Shown in pieces: positions 18,596-28,050 of a stretch of DNA of 54,387 bases (the first letter of the stretch is position 1; each line of letters begins with the position of its first letter). A model generated the notes under the pieces. That model saw only the letters and a list, made by a program, of their open reading frames with translations, had not been told where the DNA came from and searched no databases. Position numbers and translations under genes: made by a program. Source of the stretch: a virus (Duplodnaviria > Caudoviricetes); IMG/VR virus record IMGVR_UViG_3300047550_003005, positions 1 to 54,387 of that record; one strand, given 5' to 3'.

Positions 18596-18805
18596 ATGTT
18601 GACGAATGCAGCGCTCTTTGAGCGCGAATTGAAGATATTGATCGCTGAAGAAATTGAGCGATTGAAAGAGAATTTGACTACCACGCCAAGAAACATGGAA
18701 GGCGCCGGTAGCATCACCTACCTCCAGGGGGGAATCGCTTCCCTGCGAGGGTTAGATGATCTGATGGAAATCGCAAAGACCAAATCAGATCAGCGTTCAC
18801 GGTAA
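18596..18805 (+). CDS. Small conserved phage protein upstream of groES
   Basis: YLQGGIASLRGL pattern; GAGGGG RBS. Confidence 0.75.
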   Translation: MLTNAALFERELKILIAEEIERLKENLTTTPRNMEGAGSITYLQGGIASLRGLDDLMEIAKTKSDQRSR

Positions 18806-18823
18806 AAGAGAGGGGAAAACTCA

Positions 18824-19216
18824 ATGCCGTTTATGATTATGGAACACGACAAAGACCCAAAGCAGAAATTGCTTGATGAAATCGGCGATATCTCTGCCTT
18901 TGACATTTTCAACAATCAAATCCTGGTCGCGGTCTATATCCGCCCCAACAAAACCAAGTCCGGCATCTATCTTAGCGATCAATCGCGTGAAGAAGACAAG
19001 GTGCAAGGCAAGGTTGGGCTTGTGGTGAAGAAAGGCCCGGCTGCTTTTGTTGATGAAACCAGTGAATGGTTCAAAGACATCTCGGTTGAGGTGAATGATT
19101 GGGTTGTTTTCCGGCCATCTGATGGCTGGAGCATCACGGTCAACAATGTCCTGTGCCGGATCATTGATGACACGGCAGTGCGGGGCAAGGTTGATGTCCC
19201 AGATCGCGTTTGGTGA
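18824..19216 (+). CDS. groES: Co-chaperonin GroES-like protein
   Basis: ILV...KTKSGIYL (mobile loop), GLVVKKGP, VEVNDWVVF, IIDD. Confidence 0.85.
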   Translation: MPFMIMEHDKDPKQKLLDEIGDISAFDIFNNQILVAVYIRPNKTKSGIYLSDQSREEDKVQGKVGLVVKKGPAAFVDETSEWFKDISVEVNDWVVFRPSDGWSITVNNVLCRIIDDTAVRGKVDVPDRVW

Positions 19217-19227
19217 GGTGAAAAATC

Positions 19228-20139
19228 ATGTCTGAAACTGAAAAAGAGATCGAAATCGACTTTGATGCAGTAGAAAAAGCTGCAAAAGAGCCTGAAATCA
19301 AGATTGAGGAGGCGAAAGAAGCGCCTCCAGCCGAAATTTCTCCTGAAGATGGCATTGAAACGCTGAAAAAACGCTTTGAAGAGGAGCGTTTGGCGCGGAT
19401 TGAGGCAGAAAGGAGGGCTGAAACGGCTGCGCGTATGGCCCATGAAGCCCGTGGGCAGGTGGATGAAGGCAATTTGCAGCTTGTAACCAGCGCAATTGAC
19501 ACGCTGAAGCGCGAAACCGACATCCTGAAAGCCAATTTGCGGGCTGCAATGGCTACCGGAGACTATTCTGCTGCGGCAGATGCTCAGGAAGCCATGGCGG
19601 ATGCCAAGGCCAAGCTGCTTCAGCTTGAAAATGGCCGCGCAGCCTTGCAGGAGCAGGCCAAAAACCCGCGAATTCATCCACAGCAAATCCCGGCTTACGA
19701 TCCTGTGGAAACGCTGGCTTCCCAGCTCTCCCCCAGGTCTGCTGCGTGGGTTCGCGCCCATCCTGAGTTTGCCCGCAATGAGCGGCTGACCCAGAAGATG
19801 GTTGCGGCGCACAATCTGGTCACGGCGGATGGCGTACAACCGGATACCGATGAGTATTTTGAGTCGGTGGAGCGTATCCTGGGGGTGCAGGCCCCTGCGG
19901 CCTCTGTGGCTGCCGCTGAGGCCCCTATGTCTGCTGCCTCGGCGCCTACCCAGCGTCGATCTTCCCCGGCTGCTGCGCCCGTCAGCAGGTCTGGGACAGG
20001 CACTGGCGGCGGCAGCCCCAATGTGGTGCGGCTTTCTGCCCAAGAGCGTGAAATGGCCCAGATGATGGGCATGACTGCTGAAGAGTATGCGCGCAACAAG
20101 CTTGCCCTGATCAAAGACGGCAAGCTGACCAAGCATTGA
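19228..20139 (+). CDS. Probable capsid scaffolding protein
   Basis: Acidic coiled coil; C-terminal VRLSAQEREMAQMMGMTAEEYARNK; upstream of capsid genes. Confidence 0.75.
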   Translation: MSETEKEIEIDFDAVEKAAKEPEIKIEEAKEAPPAEISPEDGIETLKKRFEEERLARIEAERRAETAARMAHEARGQVDEGNLQLVTSAIDTLKRETDILKANLRAAMATGDYSAAADAQEAMADAKAKLLQLENGRAALQEQAKNPRIHPQQIPAYDPVETLASQLSPRSAAWVRAHPEFARNERLTQKMVAAHNLVTADGVQPDTDEYFESVERILGVQAPAASVAAAEAPMSAASAPTQRRSSPAAAPVSRSGTGTGGGSPNVVRLSAQEREMAQMMGMTAEEYARNKLALIKDGKLTKH

Positions 20140-20147
20140 GAAACGCC

Positions 20148-20462
20148 ATGACCAATCAAGAACCCGGCCTTTCTTTGGAACAGGCAAAAGCTATTGTTGC
20201 GAGCAAGGTTGCCCCCAAGGTGACTGAGGAAAGCATCAAAGCAAAAATTGCAAAAGTTTCGTATCTTGGTCAAGAAACCACAACCATTTGCATAATTGAA
20301 ATGCTGAATGGGTTTAAGGTTATTGGCCATTCAACCCCGGCATCTGTTGCGAATTATGATGGCGCGGTTGGAGAGCGATATGCCTATGACAATGCTTTCA
20401 AGCAGCTTTGGCAGCTTGAAGGTTATTTGCTCCGTGAAATGCTTCATATTGAAGGGAAATGA
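20148..20462 (+). CDS. Phage Gp49/Gp66-family protein
   Basis: TTICIIEMLNGFKVIGHS...NYD..VGE..AYDNA...LWQLEGYLL. Confidence 0.8.
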   Translation: MTNQEPGLSLEQAKAIVASKVAPKVTEESIKAKIAKVSYLGQETTTICIIEMLNGFKVIGHSTPASVANYDGAVGERYAYDNAFKQLWQLEGYLLREMLHIEGK

Positions 20463-21079
20463 AGATGGAAAATGTACCGATGCGCCGTGGTCGGCGCCCC
20501 CGCATGGCGAAACCTGAGCTTGCTGCCCAGGTTGAAGGTGAAACGCCGGAAGTGGATGCCGTGGCTGAAGCCCCGGTAACGCCTGCTAGGGTGCTGCGCC
20601 CGCCCATGCGTAAGGATTACTCCCTGGCCTCTGCGGAAAGCCGCACGGCTGAAATCCTGGGCCATGTTGGCACGGTGGCTGAAGGGGTTGATGAATTCTA
20701 CATTGACCGCTCCAGGCTGCCGCCGGGCTGGGATGCCGAATGGAAGACCAAGACCGTGCTGGGGGCTGAAGACCCGGCCCAGATGGTTTCCTATGCCCGC
20801 ATGGGCTGGGAGCCAGCGCCATTAGATATGTTCCCTGAGATGATGCCGCAGGGCTGGAAGGGTAACACCATTGAGCGCAAGGGCATGATCCTGATGATCC
20901 GCCCCAAGAAGATCACCGACATGGTGCGGCAGGCTGATGCGCGGAAGGCGCGGGAGCAGATCAGGGCCAAGGAAGCGCAGCTTTCCTCGGCACCGGATGG
21001 GCAGTTCACTCGCGACCATGCCCAGGTGAAGCCGAAGATCAACAAGGGCTTTGAGCCCATGCCGATCCCGCAGGATTGA
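20459..21079 (+). CDS. Conserved hypothetical head-module protein
   Basis: GWEP, IERKGMILM motifs; position between scaffold and capsid genes. Confidence 0.75.
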   Translation: MKMENVPMRRGRRPRMAKPELAAQVEGETPEVDAVAEAPVTPARVLRPPMRKDYSLASAESRTAEILGHVGTVAEGVDEFYIDRSRLPPGWDAEWKTKTVLGAEDPAQMVSYARMGWEPAPLDMFPEMMPQGWKGNTIERKGMILMIRPKKITDMVRQADARKAREQIRAKEAQLSSAPDGQFTRDHAQVKPKINKGFEPMPIPQD

Positions 21080-21124
21080 TCCTGACCATTTTTCTGATGT
21101 CAGAAAAATGGTTGACACAAACTG

Positions 21125-21145
21125 AAGGGGGCTTCGGCCCCCTTT
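21125..21145 (+). terminator. Intrinsic terminator (cUUCGg loop)
   Basis: AAGGGGGC-TTCG-GCCCCCTTT. Confidence 0.75.
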
Positions 21146-21161
21146 ACCCCCACAAAATGTG

Positions 21162-21289
21162 TTGATATTTTTGGGGGTGTGGGCGTATGGTCCACATTGC
21201 CTTCCCCCGGTGTGGAAGGTTTGAGCCTCTTTCTGCTCCCTAGCCGCCCCGGTGCGCGGTAACGGCGCTTTCAATCGGAGGACCGATTC
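21162..21289 (+). promoter_or_regulatory. Putative promoter and structured 5' leader of capsid operon
   Basis: TTGATA-18-TATGGT; two hairpins with CCCGGTG loops; RBS inside AATCGG-AGGA-CCGATT hairpin. Confidence 0.55.
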
Positions 21290-21919
21290 GTGGCAAACAC
21301 GAATACCCCCTTCGGCTTTGCGCAGTACCAAGGCGGCGCTGGTGGGGCTCCCACCTTCGCTCAGACGGCACGGCGCATTGCCTCTTCCAATACTACGCCG
21401 ATCTATTTCGGCGATCCGGTCATGCCGGTGGTCAGCACGGCCAACGGTTACATCACCCAGGCTTCTCCTGGCACCACGACCCTCGCGGGCATTTTCGTGG
21501 GCTGTCAGTATGTGTCCGTTTCTCAGAAAAGGACCGTGTGGTCCAATTTCTGGCCGGGCTCTGACGCCAACGGCGATGTGATTGCCTATGTCATTGACGA
21601 TCCGAATGCTCGCTTCGTCGTGATGGGCAACAGCACGACTTTCAACATTTCTGGCACCCTTTCCGCGTATGGCTCTTCGCCTATTGGCAAGTATGCTCAA
21701 TTCGCGATTGGTTCTGGCAACAGCACCAGCGGGATTTCCGGCGCGTATCTCAACTCTGTTGGTACGACCGTGACGTTCCCGTTCATTGTTGTTGACCTGA
21801 TCACCGCCCCTCCGGGCGCGAATGGTGCCGATCCGACGACCGCCTATAACCATGTGGTTGTTGGGTTCAACAATGAGTGGCTCCGCACCAATGGTGCTGG
21901 CCCGACCGGCATCTCGTAA
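21290..21919 (+). CDS. Capsid-associated (cement/decoration-like) protein
   Basis: MANTNTPFGF..IYFGDPV..GIFVGC.Y..VIDDPN pattern directly upstream of MCP; GTG start. Confidence 0.7.
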   Translation: MANTNTPFGFAQYQGGAGGAPTFAQTARRIASSNTTPIYFGDPVMPVVSTANGYITQASPGTTTLAGIFVGCQYVSVSQKRTVWSNFWPGSDANGDVIAYVIDDPNARFVVMGNSTTFNISGTLSAYGSSPIGKYAQFAIGSGNSTSGISGAYLNSVGTTVTFPFIVVDLITAPPGANGADPTTAYNHVVVGFNNEWLRTNGAGPTGIS

Positions 21920-21933
21920 GGAGGGCATGAACC

Positions 21934-22848
21934 ATGGCTGTGAATCTTTCGGCTATTAAAGACCTGCTCCTCCCCGGTCTGCGTGGTGTTGAAGGCAAGT
22001 ACGAGATGATCCCATCTCAGTACGACAAAATCTTCACCAAGCATGACTCCAAGATGGCGCTCGAGCGTACCGCTGAAATGCGTTACCTCGGCCTTGCCCA
22101 GCTCAAGACCGAAGGCGGCCAGACCGCTTTTGATAATGGCGCGGGTGAGCGTTTCGTCTATAACCAGGAGCATACGGAAATTGCGCTTGGCTATGCCATC
22201 ACTCGCAAGGCGATTGATGACAACCTGTACAAGACGCAGTTCCATCCGTCGAACCTCGGCCTGATTGAATCCTTTCAGCAGACCAAGGAAATCTACGGCG
22301 CGAACATCCTGAACACGGCGACGACCTACAATTCCGCCATCGGTGGTGACGGCGTGGCGCTTTGCTCCACCTCTCACCCGATTGATGGTGGCACTGTGGC
22401 GAACCGTCCGACCACGGATGTGGGCTTGAACGAAGCCACGCTGCTGAACGCGATGATTGCGGTGCGTACCAACTTCAAGGACCAAGCGGGCCTGAAGGTG
22501 TTTGCGCGGGCTCGCAAGCTGATCGTTCCGCCGCAGCTTGAACCGACCGCGATCCGTCTGACGAAGACTGAGCTGCGGCCCGGCACTGCTGACAACGATG
22601 TCAATGCCATTATGATGACGGCGGGTGGTCTGCCGGAATCCTATATGGTCAACGACTTCTTGACCTCGCAGTATGCTTGGTTCCTGCTGACGAACATTGA
22701 TGGCCTTTCCTACATGGAGCGCATCAAGTTTGAAACGGATATGCAGGTCGATTTCGTGACCGACAACCTCCTGGTCAAGGGCTATGAGCGGTACTCTTTC
22801 GGGTACTACAACTGGCGCTCGATCTATGGGTCGTTCCCGACTTCGTAA
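21934..22848 (+). CDS. Major capsid protein (HK97 fold)
   Basis: LLPGL, H..IALGYAITRKAIDDNLY, GGDGVALCSTSHP, KLIVPPQL, ERYSFG motifs; AAGGAGG RBS; high codon bias. Confidence 0.9.
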   Translation: MAVNLSAIKDLLLPGLRGVEGKYEMIPSQYDKIFTKHDSKMALERTAEMRYLGLAQLKTEGGQTAFDNGAGERFVYNQEHTEIALGYAITRKAIDDNLYKTQFHPSNLGLIESFQQTKEIYGANILNTATTYNSAIGGDGVALCSTSHPIDGGTVANRPTTDVGLNEATLLNAMIAVRTNFKDQAGLKVFARARKLIVPPQLEPTAIRLTKTELRPGTADNDVNAIMMTAGGLPESYMVNDFLTSQYAWFLLTNIDGLSYMERIKFETDMQVDFVTDNLLVKGYERYSFGYYNWRSIYGSFPTS

Positions 22849-22905
22849 TCCCCGTAACGGCCCCCTGGCATTGTGTCAGGGGGCTAACTCAGGAAAGGGC
22901 TAAAA

Positions 22906-23358
22906 ATGGGTGCTACTCACTTTAGCGGTCCTGTTGTTTCGGGCGATTTGCAGCAGGGTGAAACCAATGGCCCCAACCAGGGCTTTGCGGTTCTGTCCCA
23001 GTCCACTTCGATCACCCAAAACAGCACGACTGCTGTTTCTTCCACGCTGTACATCCCGGCTGGCTCTCGGATCGTTGATTTCAACATTGACGTTCTGACG
23101 GCGTACAACTCTGCCACTTCTGCGACCCTGACCATCGGCACTGCTGCCGCTGGTACGCAGTATGTTGGCAGCATTGACGCCAAGACTGCCGGGCGCGCTG
23201 CGATTACCTACACGGCGGCGCAGCTTGCAGCAATGAATGGCGTCAGCGTCCTTGGTGTCGCTGCGCCTACCACTGCTCCGGTAGTGGTCACTGTAACCCC
23301 GGTCGGCGCGACATCTGCTGGATATGTCGTGGTGACTGTTCTTTATGTCCAGCAGTAA
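22906..23358 (+). CDS. Putative minor capsid/decoration protein
   Basis: MGATHFSGPV start; IPAGSRIVD, beta-rich, after MCP. Confidence 0.65.
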   Translation: MGATHFSGPVVSGDLQQGETNGPNQGFAVLSQSTSITQNSTTAVSSTLYIPAGSRIVDFNIDVLTAYNSATSATLTIGTAAAGTQYVGSIDAKTAGRAAITYTAAQLAAMNGVSVLGVAAPTTAPVVVTVTPVGATSAGYVVVTVLYVQQ

Positions 23359-23369
23359 GGAGGACCGCT

Positions 23370-23675
23370 ATGAAGGGTCGTAAGGGTCGCGCGGCTGGTG
23401 GTGAGTCCCCGGCTGCTGGTTCCAAAGAATGGGAACAGGACTTGGCTTCCAAGCCGGAACGCCGCGTCAATGCTGCCACCATCATGAATGCCGCTGAAGA
23501 GCGCAAGCGTGGTGGTAAGGCTGTTGGTAAGGTGCATGGCGTTGCTGCCAAGATGCATGCTGGCCGCAAGGCTCGCAAGGCTGGTGGCAAGGTGGGTTCC
23601 AACATGAACCCGCTCTCCAGCGCGCATGCTGGCACCCCTGCCAAGGGCCGCAAGCTCGATAGCATGGGTCAGTGA
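23370..23675 (+). CDS. Small basic protein with three x-x-x-G-G motifs
   Basis: RAAGG, RKRGGK, RKAGGKV; AAGGAGG RBS. Confidence 0.75.
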   Translation: MKGRKGRAAGGESPAAGSKEWEQDLASKPERRVNAATIMNAAEERKRGGKAVGKVHGVAAKMHAGRKARKAGGKVGSNMNPLSSAHAGTPAKGRKLDSMGQ

Positions 23676-23678
23676 TTG

Positions 23679-23707
23679 GTGGGGGCTTCGGCCCCCATCT
23701 TTCCTTT
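23679..23707 (+). terminator. Intrinsic terminator (cUUCGg loop)
   Basis: GGGGGC-TTCG-GCCCCC core identical to 21127-21142, followed by ATCTTTCCTTT. Confidence 0.65.
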
Positions 23708-23717
23708 GGAGGGGATC

Positions 23718-23981
23718 ATGGCTGGAGCTTGGACGCGCAAGGAAGGGAAGAACCCTGAAGGCGGCCTGAATGCAAAGGGTCGTGCGTCACTGCGCGCAGA
23801 AGGTCGTGATATCAAGCCGCCTGTTTCACGGGAAACAGCGCAGAAGAGTGAAATGGCTGCCGCACGGCGCCGCAGTTTTTGTAGCCGGATGGAAGGTATG
23901 AAGGCCAAGCTGACCTCTGCCGCCACCGCGCGCGATCCTGACAGCAGGATCAATAAATCGCTTCGGAAGTGGGATTGCTGA
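23718..23981 (+). CDS. Small basic phage protein (DUF6321-like)
   Basis: AWTRKEGKNPEGGLNAKGRAS...RRRSFCSRM...SRINKSLRKWDC. Confidence 0.75.
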   Translation: MAGAWTRKEGKNPEGGLNAKGRASLRAEGRDIKPPVSRETAQKSEMAAARRRSFCSRMEGMKAKLTSAATARDPDSRINKSLRKWDC

Positions 23982-23982
23982 C

Positions 23983-24153
23983 ATGAGCAAAGCCATTCCC
24001 GAAAATCCGCGCCTCTGGGCTTCGGTGAAAACCCAGGCCAAGAAGAAATTTGATGTGTATCCCTCTGCCTATGCGAATGCCTGGGCATCGAAGGAATACA
24101 AGGCCAAGGGCGGCAAGTGGAGCGGTTCTGACAATAGGGTTGCCAAGAAATGA
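23983..24153 (+). CDS. Small basic protein (56 aa, DUF5872-like N-part)
   Basis: Hand translation ...KKKFDVYPSAYANAWASKEYKAKGGKW...; ATGA overlap with next gene. Confidence 0.7.
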   Translation: MSKAIPENPRLWASVKTQAKKKFDVYPSAYANAWASKEYKAKGGKWSGSDNRVAKK

Positions 24154-24386
24154 AGGGCGGCCTGGGCAAGTGGTTTGGCGAGAATTGGCGCGACATCAAG
24201 ACCGGCGAGGAATGTGGCCGCAGCGGGTCTGAGAAAGCCAAGCGCGCCTATCCTGCATGCCGCCCTGCTGCTGCCGCATCGCGAATGACATCTTCCCAAA
24301 AGGTTATGATGGCGGCTAAGAAGACAGGCTCAAATCGTGAAAGCTGGCCTGTTTCTCCGTCAGGCGCAAAGAAGGAGCATCGGTAA
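24150..24386 (+). CDS. Small basic protein (DUF5872-like C-part)
   Basis: GLGKWFGENWRDIKTGEECGRS...YPACRP. Confidence 0.7.
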   Translation: MKGGLGKWFGENWRDIKTGEECGRSGSEKAKRAYPACRPAAAASRMTSSQKVMMAAKKTGSNRESWPVSPSGAKKEHR

Positions 24387-24733
24387 TGCAACCGACCACT
24401 GTTTCCACCACTGATGCAAGCGGCGGCACGACCTACAGCAGCCTTGTGCGCATGGACACTTGGGCTGCTGCGCAGTCTGTTCTTCAGGTGACTGTGACCG
24501 GCACTGCGACCTATACGGTTGAAACCAGCATGGATGATCCGAATAGCCCGACCAATCCGGTGGCTGAAGGCAGCATGACTTGGGTTGATGCCACTGATGC
24601 TGCTGTTGTTGGCAAGAGCGCGAAAGCCACTGGCATTTTGACTGCAACGCCAGTTTTTGTGCGGCTGAAGCAGACTGCTGGCAATGGTTCATGCAGCATG
24701 ACCATCGCGCAGTTTGGCAACGCAACCTACTGA
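24386..24733 (+). CDS. Hypothetical structural protein (Thr-rich beta fold)
   Basis: TAATG overlap, AAGGAG RBS. Confidence 0.7.
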   Translation: MQPTTVSTTDASGGTTYSSLVRMDTWAAAQSVLQVTVTGTATYTVETSMDDPNSPTNPVAEGSMTWVDATDAAVVGKSAKATGILTATPVFVRLKQTAGNGSCSMTIAQFGNATY

Positions 24734-24741
24734 GGTAAGCC

Positions 24742-25437
24742 ATGACCACGAGCGGGACATATGCGTTTGATCCATCGCTCGGCGAGATTGTTTTGTATGC
24801 CTACAATCTGATTGGCATACGCAACACCTCACTAACGCAGGAACACATGGAAGCCGCTCGCATGGCTTCCAACATGGTACTTGCGAATTGGTCAAACAAA
24901 GGTGTGAACCTCTGGACCGTTGATTTGCAGACGGTGACGCTGATTGCCGGGCAGGCCACTTATACCGTGCCTGAAAACACGGTGATCATGCTGGATGCTT
25001 ACATCCGCATTGACAATGGCAGCTCACCGCCGATTGATCGCCTGATCTTGCCGATCAGCCGCACGGAATACGCCAGCTACCCCAATAAGGAGCAGGAAGG
25101 CTTCCCAACGGTTTTCTGGCAGGATCGCCTCATCAATGGCAATGTGACGCTGTGGCCTGTTCCTGATGGCACCAGCGCGCAGTATCTGCGCTACTACCGC
25201 GCCCGGCAGCTTCAGGATTCGGAATTCACTGGCGGCCAGACGGTTGAAATCCCCTACCTGTGGCTTGATGCTTTTGCTGATGCTTTGTCATATCGGTTGG
25301 CGCGGGTGTGGAACCCGCCCATGGCGCCAGCGCTGAAGCTGGTTGCTGATGAAAGCTACAACGTGGCTGACGCTCAGAACGTGGAGCAGGCTGCGCAATA
25401 CATCACTCCAATGGTCAGTGGTTACTTCAGGCCGTGA
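24742..25437 (+). CDS. Head-tail adaptor (P22 gp4-like)
   Basis: MTTSGT, NWSNKGVNLW, ISRTEYASYPNK..G.P, LWPVPD motifs. Confidence 0.7.
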   Translation: MTTSGTYAFDPSLGEIVLYAYNLIGIRNTSLTQEHMEAARMASNMVLANWSNKGVNLWTVDLQTVTLIAGQATYTVPENTVIMLDAYIRIDNGSSPPIDRLILPISRTEYASYPNKEQEGFPTVFWQDRLINGNVTLWPVPDGTSAQYLRYYRARQLQDSEFTGGQTVEIPYLWLDAFADALSYRLARVWNPPMAPALKLVADESYNVADAQNVEQAAQYITPMVSGYFRP

Positions 25438-25448
25438 TGGGGTAATTG

Positions 25449-25955
25449 ATGGCATACGCATCACAAGCAGGCCGGGCGAGAACGAGTGCAAGGAGCCCGC
25501 AGGCACACGCAATATGTGACCGCTGCGGTTTCCGGTACAATCACGTTGATTTGCGCTGGCAGTTTGATTTTGCGGGTGCATCGCTGATCAACAAGCGGAT
25601 TTTGGTTTGCAGGCCCTGTTATGACAGGCCGCAGGAGCAGCTTCGGGCTATTGTGGTGCCTGCTGATCCGATGCCGATCATCAATCCGCGTGTGCAGGAT
25701 TTCGTGACTGCGGAAACCAGCACCAGATTTACCTCTGGGCAAAACACGGTTGATCCTGATACAAACATCCCTGTGATTGGTGGCAATGTTCGCATTACCC
25801 AGGATGATAAGGATCGTGTGACGCAGCAGACTGGTGAAGCCCCTGGCGGGCTTAATCAGGAACCGGGTACTGATCCTAATGCTCCTGGCAATAATGATCC
25901 GGGCCTGCCGTACAATGACACTGAAGTGCCGAAGACGGGGCCAAATACACCATGA
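25449..25955 (+). CDS. Hypothetical protein with CxxC...CxxC
   Basis: [10 protein letters not shown]...[11 protein letters not shown]. Confidence 0.75.
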   Translation: MAYASQAGRARTSARSPQAHAICDRCGFRYNHVDLRWQFDFAGASLINKRILVCRPCYDRPQEQLRAIVVPADPMPIINPRVQDFVTAETSTRFTSGQNTVDPDTNIPVIGGNVRITQDDKDRVTQQTGEAPGGLNQEPGTDPNAPGNNDPGLPYNDTEVPKTGPNTP

Positions 25956-27793
25956 GCAATATCCAGATTCCGAATCTTCCCCCGGCTATTGCGCTCAATG
26001 GTTCTGAGCAGCTTGAGATCGTGCAGGCTGGCACTTCGCGCCGCACGACTGCCGCTGCTATTGCTGCCCTTCAAGGAGGCCCAACTGGCCCGACAGGCTC
26101 CACGGGAAATACCGGGCCTACGGGACCTACAGGGCCTACTGGCCCTACGGGTGCAACGGGGGCCGCTGGCTCCACGGGGGATACTGGGCCTACTGGCGCG
26201 TCAGGCCCTACTGGCCCTACCGGGCCTACTGGGCCTCAAGGGATTGATGGCCCTGTTGGCCCGCAAGGCAACACCGGCCCTCAAGGCCCTACCGGCCCCA
26301 CAGGGCCTACAGGGGCGCAGGGGGATGTTGGCCCCACTGGCTCTACAGGGGCTACTGGCCCGACCGGCCCCACGGGGCCTACGGGCGCCACAGGGGCTGC
26401 TTCAACGGTTGCTGGGCCAACTGGCCCGACTGGCCCCACAGGCCCGACAGGGCCTACAGGAGCGGCATCTACGGTTGCTGGGCCAACAGGCCCCACGGGT
26501 CCGACTGGACCAACAGGGCCTACTGGTGCGGCTTCAACGGTTGCTGGGCCAACAGGCCCGACTGGCCCCACGGGGCCTACTGGCGCAACTGGCTCCACAG
26601 GTGCTGGCGGAGCTTTGGGGTATTATGGTTCTTTCTTTGATACCACAACGCAAACGACGACAGCCAATACGGCGACTTCAATCAATCTGAACAGCACTGC
26701 TGAATCCAATGGCGTTTCAATTGTAAGTAATTCCCGGATTACTGTTGCGTATGCTGGGACGTATAACCTGCAATTTTCCGCGCAGCTTGATCACATTGGC
26801 GGCGGCGGATCGGGCGAAACGGTAAACATTTGGCTGCGCAAAAATGGCACCAACGTAGCTGATACTGACACCAAAATTACCGTGACATCTTCGACTAAGT
26901 ATGTGGTGCCTGCTTGGAATTTTGTGCTTACTTTGGCAGCCAATGATTATCTTGAGTTAATTTGGCTGACTGATAATGCAAATATTCAATTGACTTATGG
27001 TGCAGCGGCATCTCCTGCGCCTGCAATTCCGTCCGTGATCGCAACGCTCACGCAGGTGATGTACACCCAGGTAGGGCCTACTGGGCCTACGGGTCCAACT
27101 GGCCCAACTGGTCCAACCGGGCCTACTGGCTCTACTGGTGCGCAAGGTCCAACCGGGCCTACCGGCCCCACAGGGCCTACGGGTCCAACTGGGCCTACAG
27201 GCGCTCAAGGCGCAGCATCTACGGTTGCTGGCCCTACTGGGCCTACTGGACCTCAAGGCACTGTTGGGGATTCTGGGCCTACTGGACCTACGGGTCCAAC
27301 TGGAACAACTGGTACTGGCGGTCCTACTGGCCCAACTGGCGCGCAAGGCACGGTTGCTGCTGGCACTGCGATGTTGTTTGTGCAGACAACAGCCCCTACC
27401 GGATGGACCAAAAGTACAACGCATGATAATAAAGCTTTGCGTGTTGTAACTGGTACAGCAAGCAGTGGCGGTTCCGTTGGATTTACTACGGCTTTTGCTT
27501 CTCAGGGCGTATCTGGCACCATTGGTAATACGACCACCACAGGCACAGTGGGAAGTACAACGCTATCAACTGCTCAAATTCCAAGTCACACTCACCCTAA
27601 TGGGTCGGTCGGAGCCAGTGCTGGTTCTGATGTTGGGAATGGCACTCTATCAGGCAACCCTACAGGTGCAACAGGTGGCGGCGGTTCGCACAATCACTCA
27701 TTATCAATGAATGCTCATAATCACACTTTTACTGGGACTGCGATTAATCTGGCGGTTCAGTATGTAGATGTGATTGTAGCCACCAAGGACTAA
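25952..27793 (+). CDS. Collagen-like fibre protein (GPT repeats, C1q/BclA-like domain, fibre tip)
   Basis: Two Gly-Pro-Thr tracts flanking a beta domain; C-terminal APTGWTK...IPSHTH...HNH...YVDVI tip. Confidence 0.85.
   Translation: MSNIQIPNLPPAIALNGSEQLEIVQAGTSRRTTAAAIAALQGGPTGPTGSTGNTGPTGPTGPTGPTGATGAAGSTGDTGPTGASGPTGPTGPTGPQGIDGPVGPQGNTGPQGPTGPTGPTGAQGDVGPTGSTGATGPTGPTGPTGATGAASTVAGPTGPTGPTGPTGPTGAASTVAGPTGPTGPTGPTGPTGAASTVAGPTGPTGPTGPTGATGSTGAGGALGYYGSFFDTTTQTTTANTATSINLNSTAESNGVSIVSNSRITVAYAGTYNLQFSAQLDHIGGGGSGETVNIWLRKNGTNVADTDTKITVTSSTKYVVPAWNFVLTLAANDYLELIWLTDNANIQLTYGAAASPAPAIPSVIATLTQVMYTQVGPTGPTGPTGPTGPTGPTGSTGAQGPTGPTGPTGPTGPTGPTGAQGAASTVAGPTGPTGPQGTVGDSGPTGPTGPTGTTGTGGPTGPTGAQGTVAAGTAMLFVQTTAPTGWTKSTTHDNKALRVVTGTASSGGSVGFTTAFASQGVSGTIGNTTTTGTVGSTTLSTAQIPSHTHPNGSVGASAGSDVGNGTLSGNPTGATGGGGSHNHSLSMNAHNHTFTGTAINLAVQYVDVIVATKD
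26078..26608 (+). repeat. Collagen (GXY)n tract 1 with GAASTVA interruptions
   Basis: 9-bp periodicity GGN-CCN-ACN; 22-aa super-repeat. Confidence 0.9.
27074..27349 (+). repeat. Collagen (GXY)n tract 2
   Basis: 9-bp periodicity GGN-CCN-ACN. Confidence 0.9.
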
Positions 27794-27796
27794 AAT

Positions 27797-28027
27797 ATGT
27801 CTCAAGACTTTTACAACATCATTGTCGGTGTCGCAGGGGCAGCCATTGGATGGTTGTTAAAGGTTGTTTGGGATAGTGTGCGCGCGCTTCAGGCTGATAT
27901 GAAGGAAATTGAGCGCGAGCTTCACACCGAATACGTCAGCAAAAATGATTATAGGCAGGATATTCTTGAGATGAAGGATATCCTGAAGCAAATTTTCGAG
28001 AAGCTTGATCGTAAAGCCGACAAGTAA
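27797..28027 (+). CDS. Small membrane-anchored coiled-coil protein
   Basis: N-terminal TM IIVGVAGAAIGWLL; YVSKNDY..D..E....L..IFEKLDRKADK. Confidence 0.75.
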   Translation: MSQDFYNIIVGVAGAAIGWLLKVVWDSVRALQADMKEIERELHTEYVSKNDYRQDILEMKDILKQIFEKLDRKADK

Positions 28028-28050
28028 CATTGGCATGAAAGAGGGGAAAA

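Noticed and set aside
22860-22884. Hairpin after MCP as terminator or ncRNA
   Set aside because: Stem is real (GCCCCCTGGCA-TTG-TGTCAGGGGGC) but lacks a U-tract; function cannot be assigned
26281-26598. Antisense (GPV)n collagen-like ORF
   Set aside because: Automatic consequence of the reverse complement of GGN-CCN-ACN repeats
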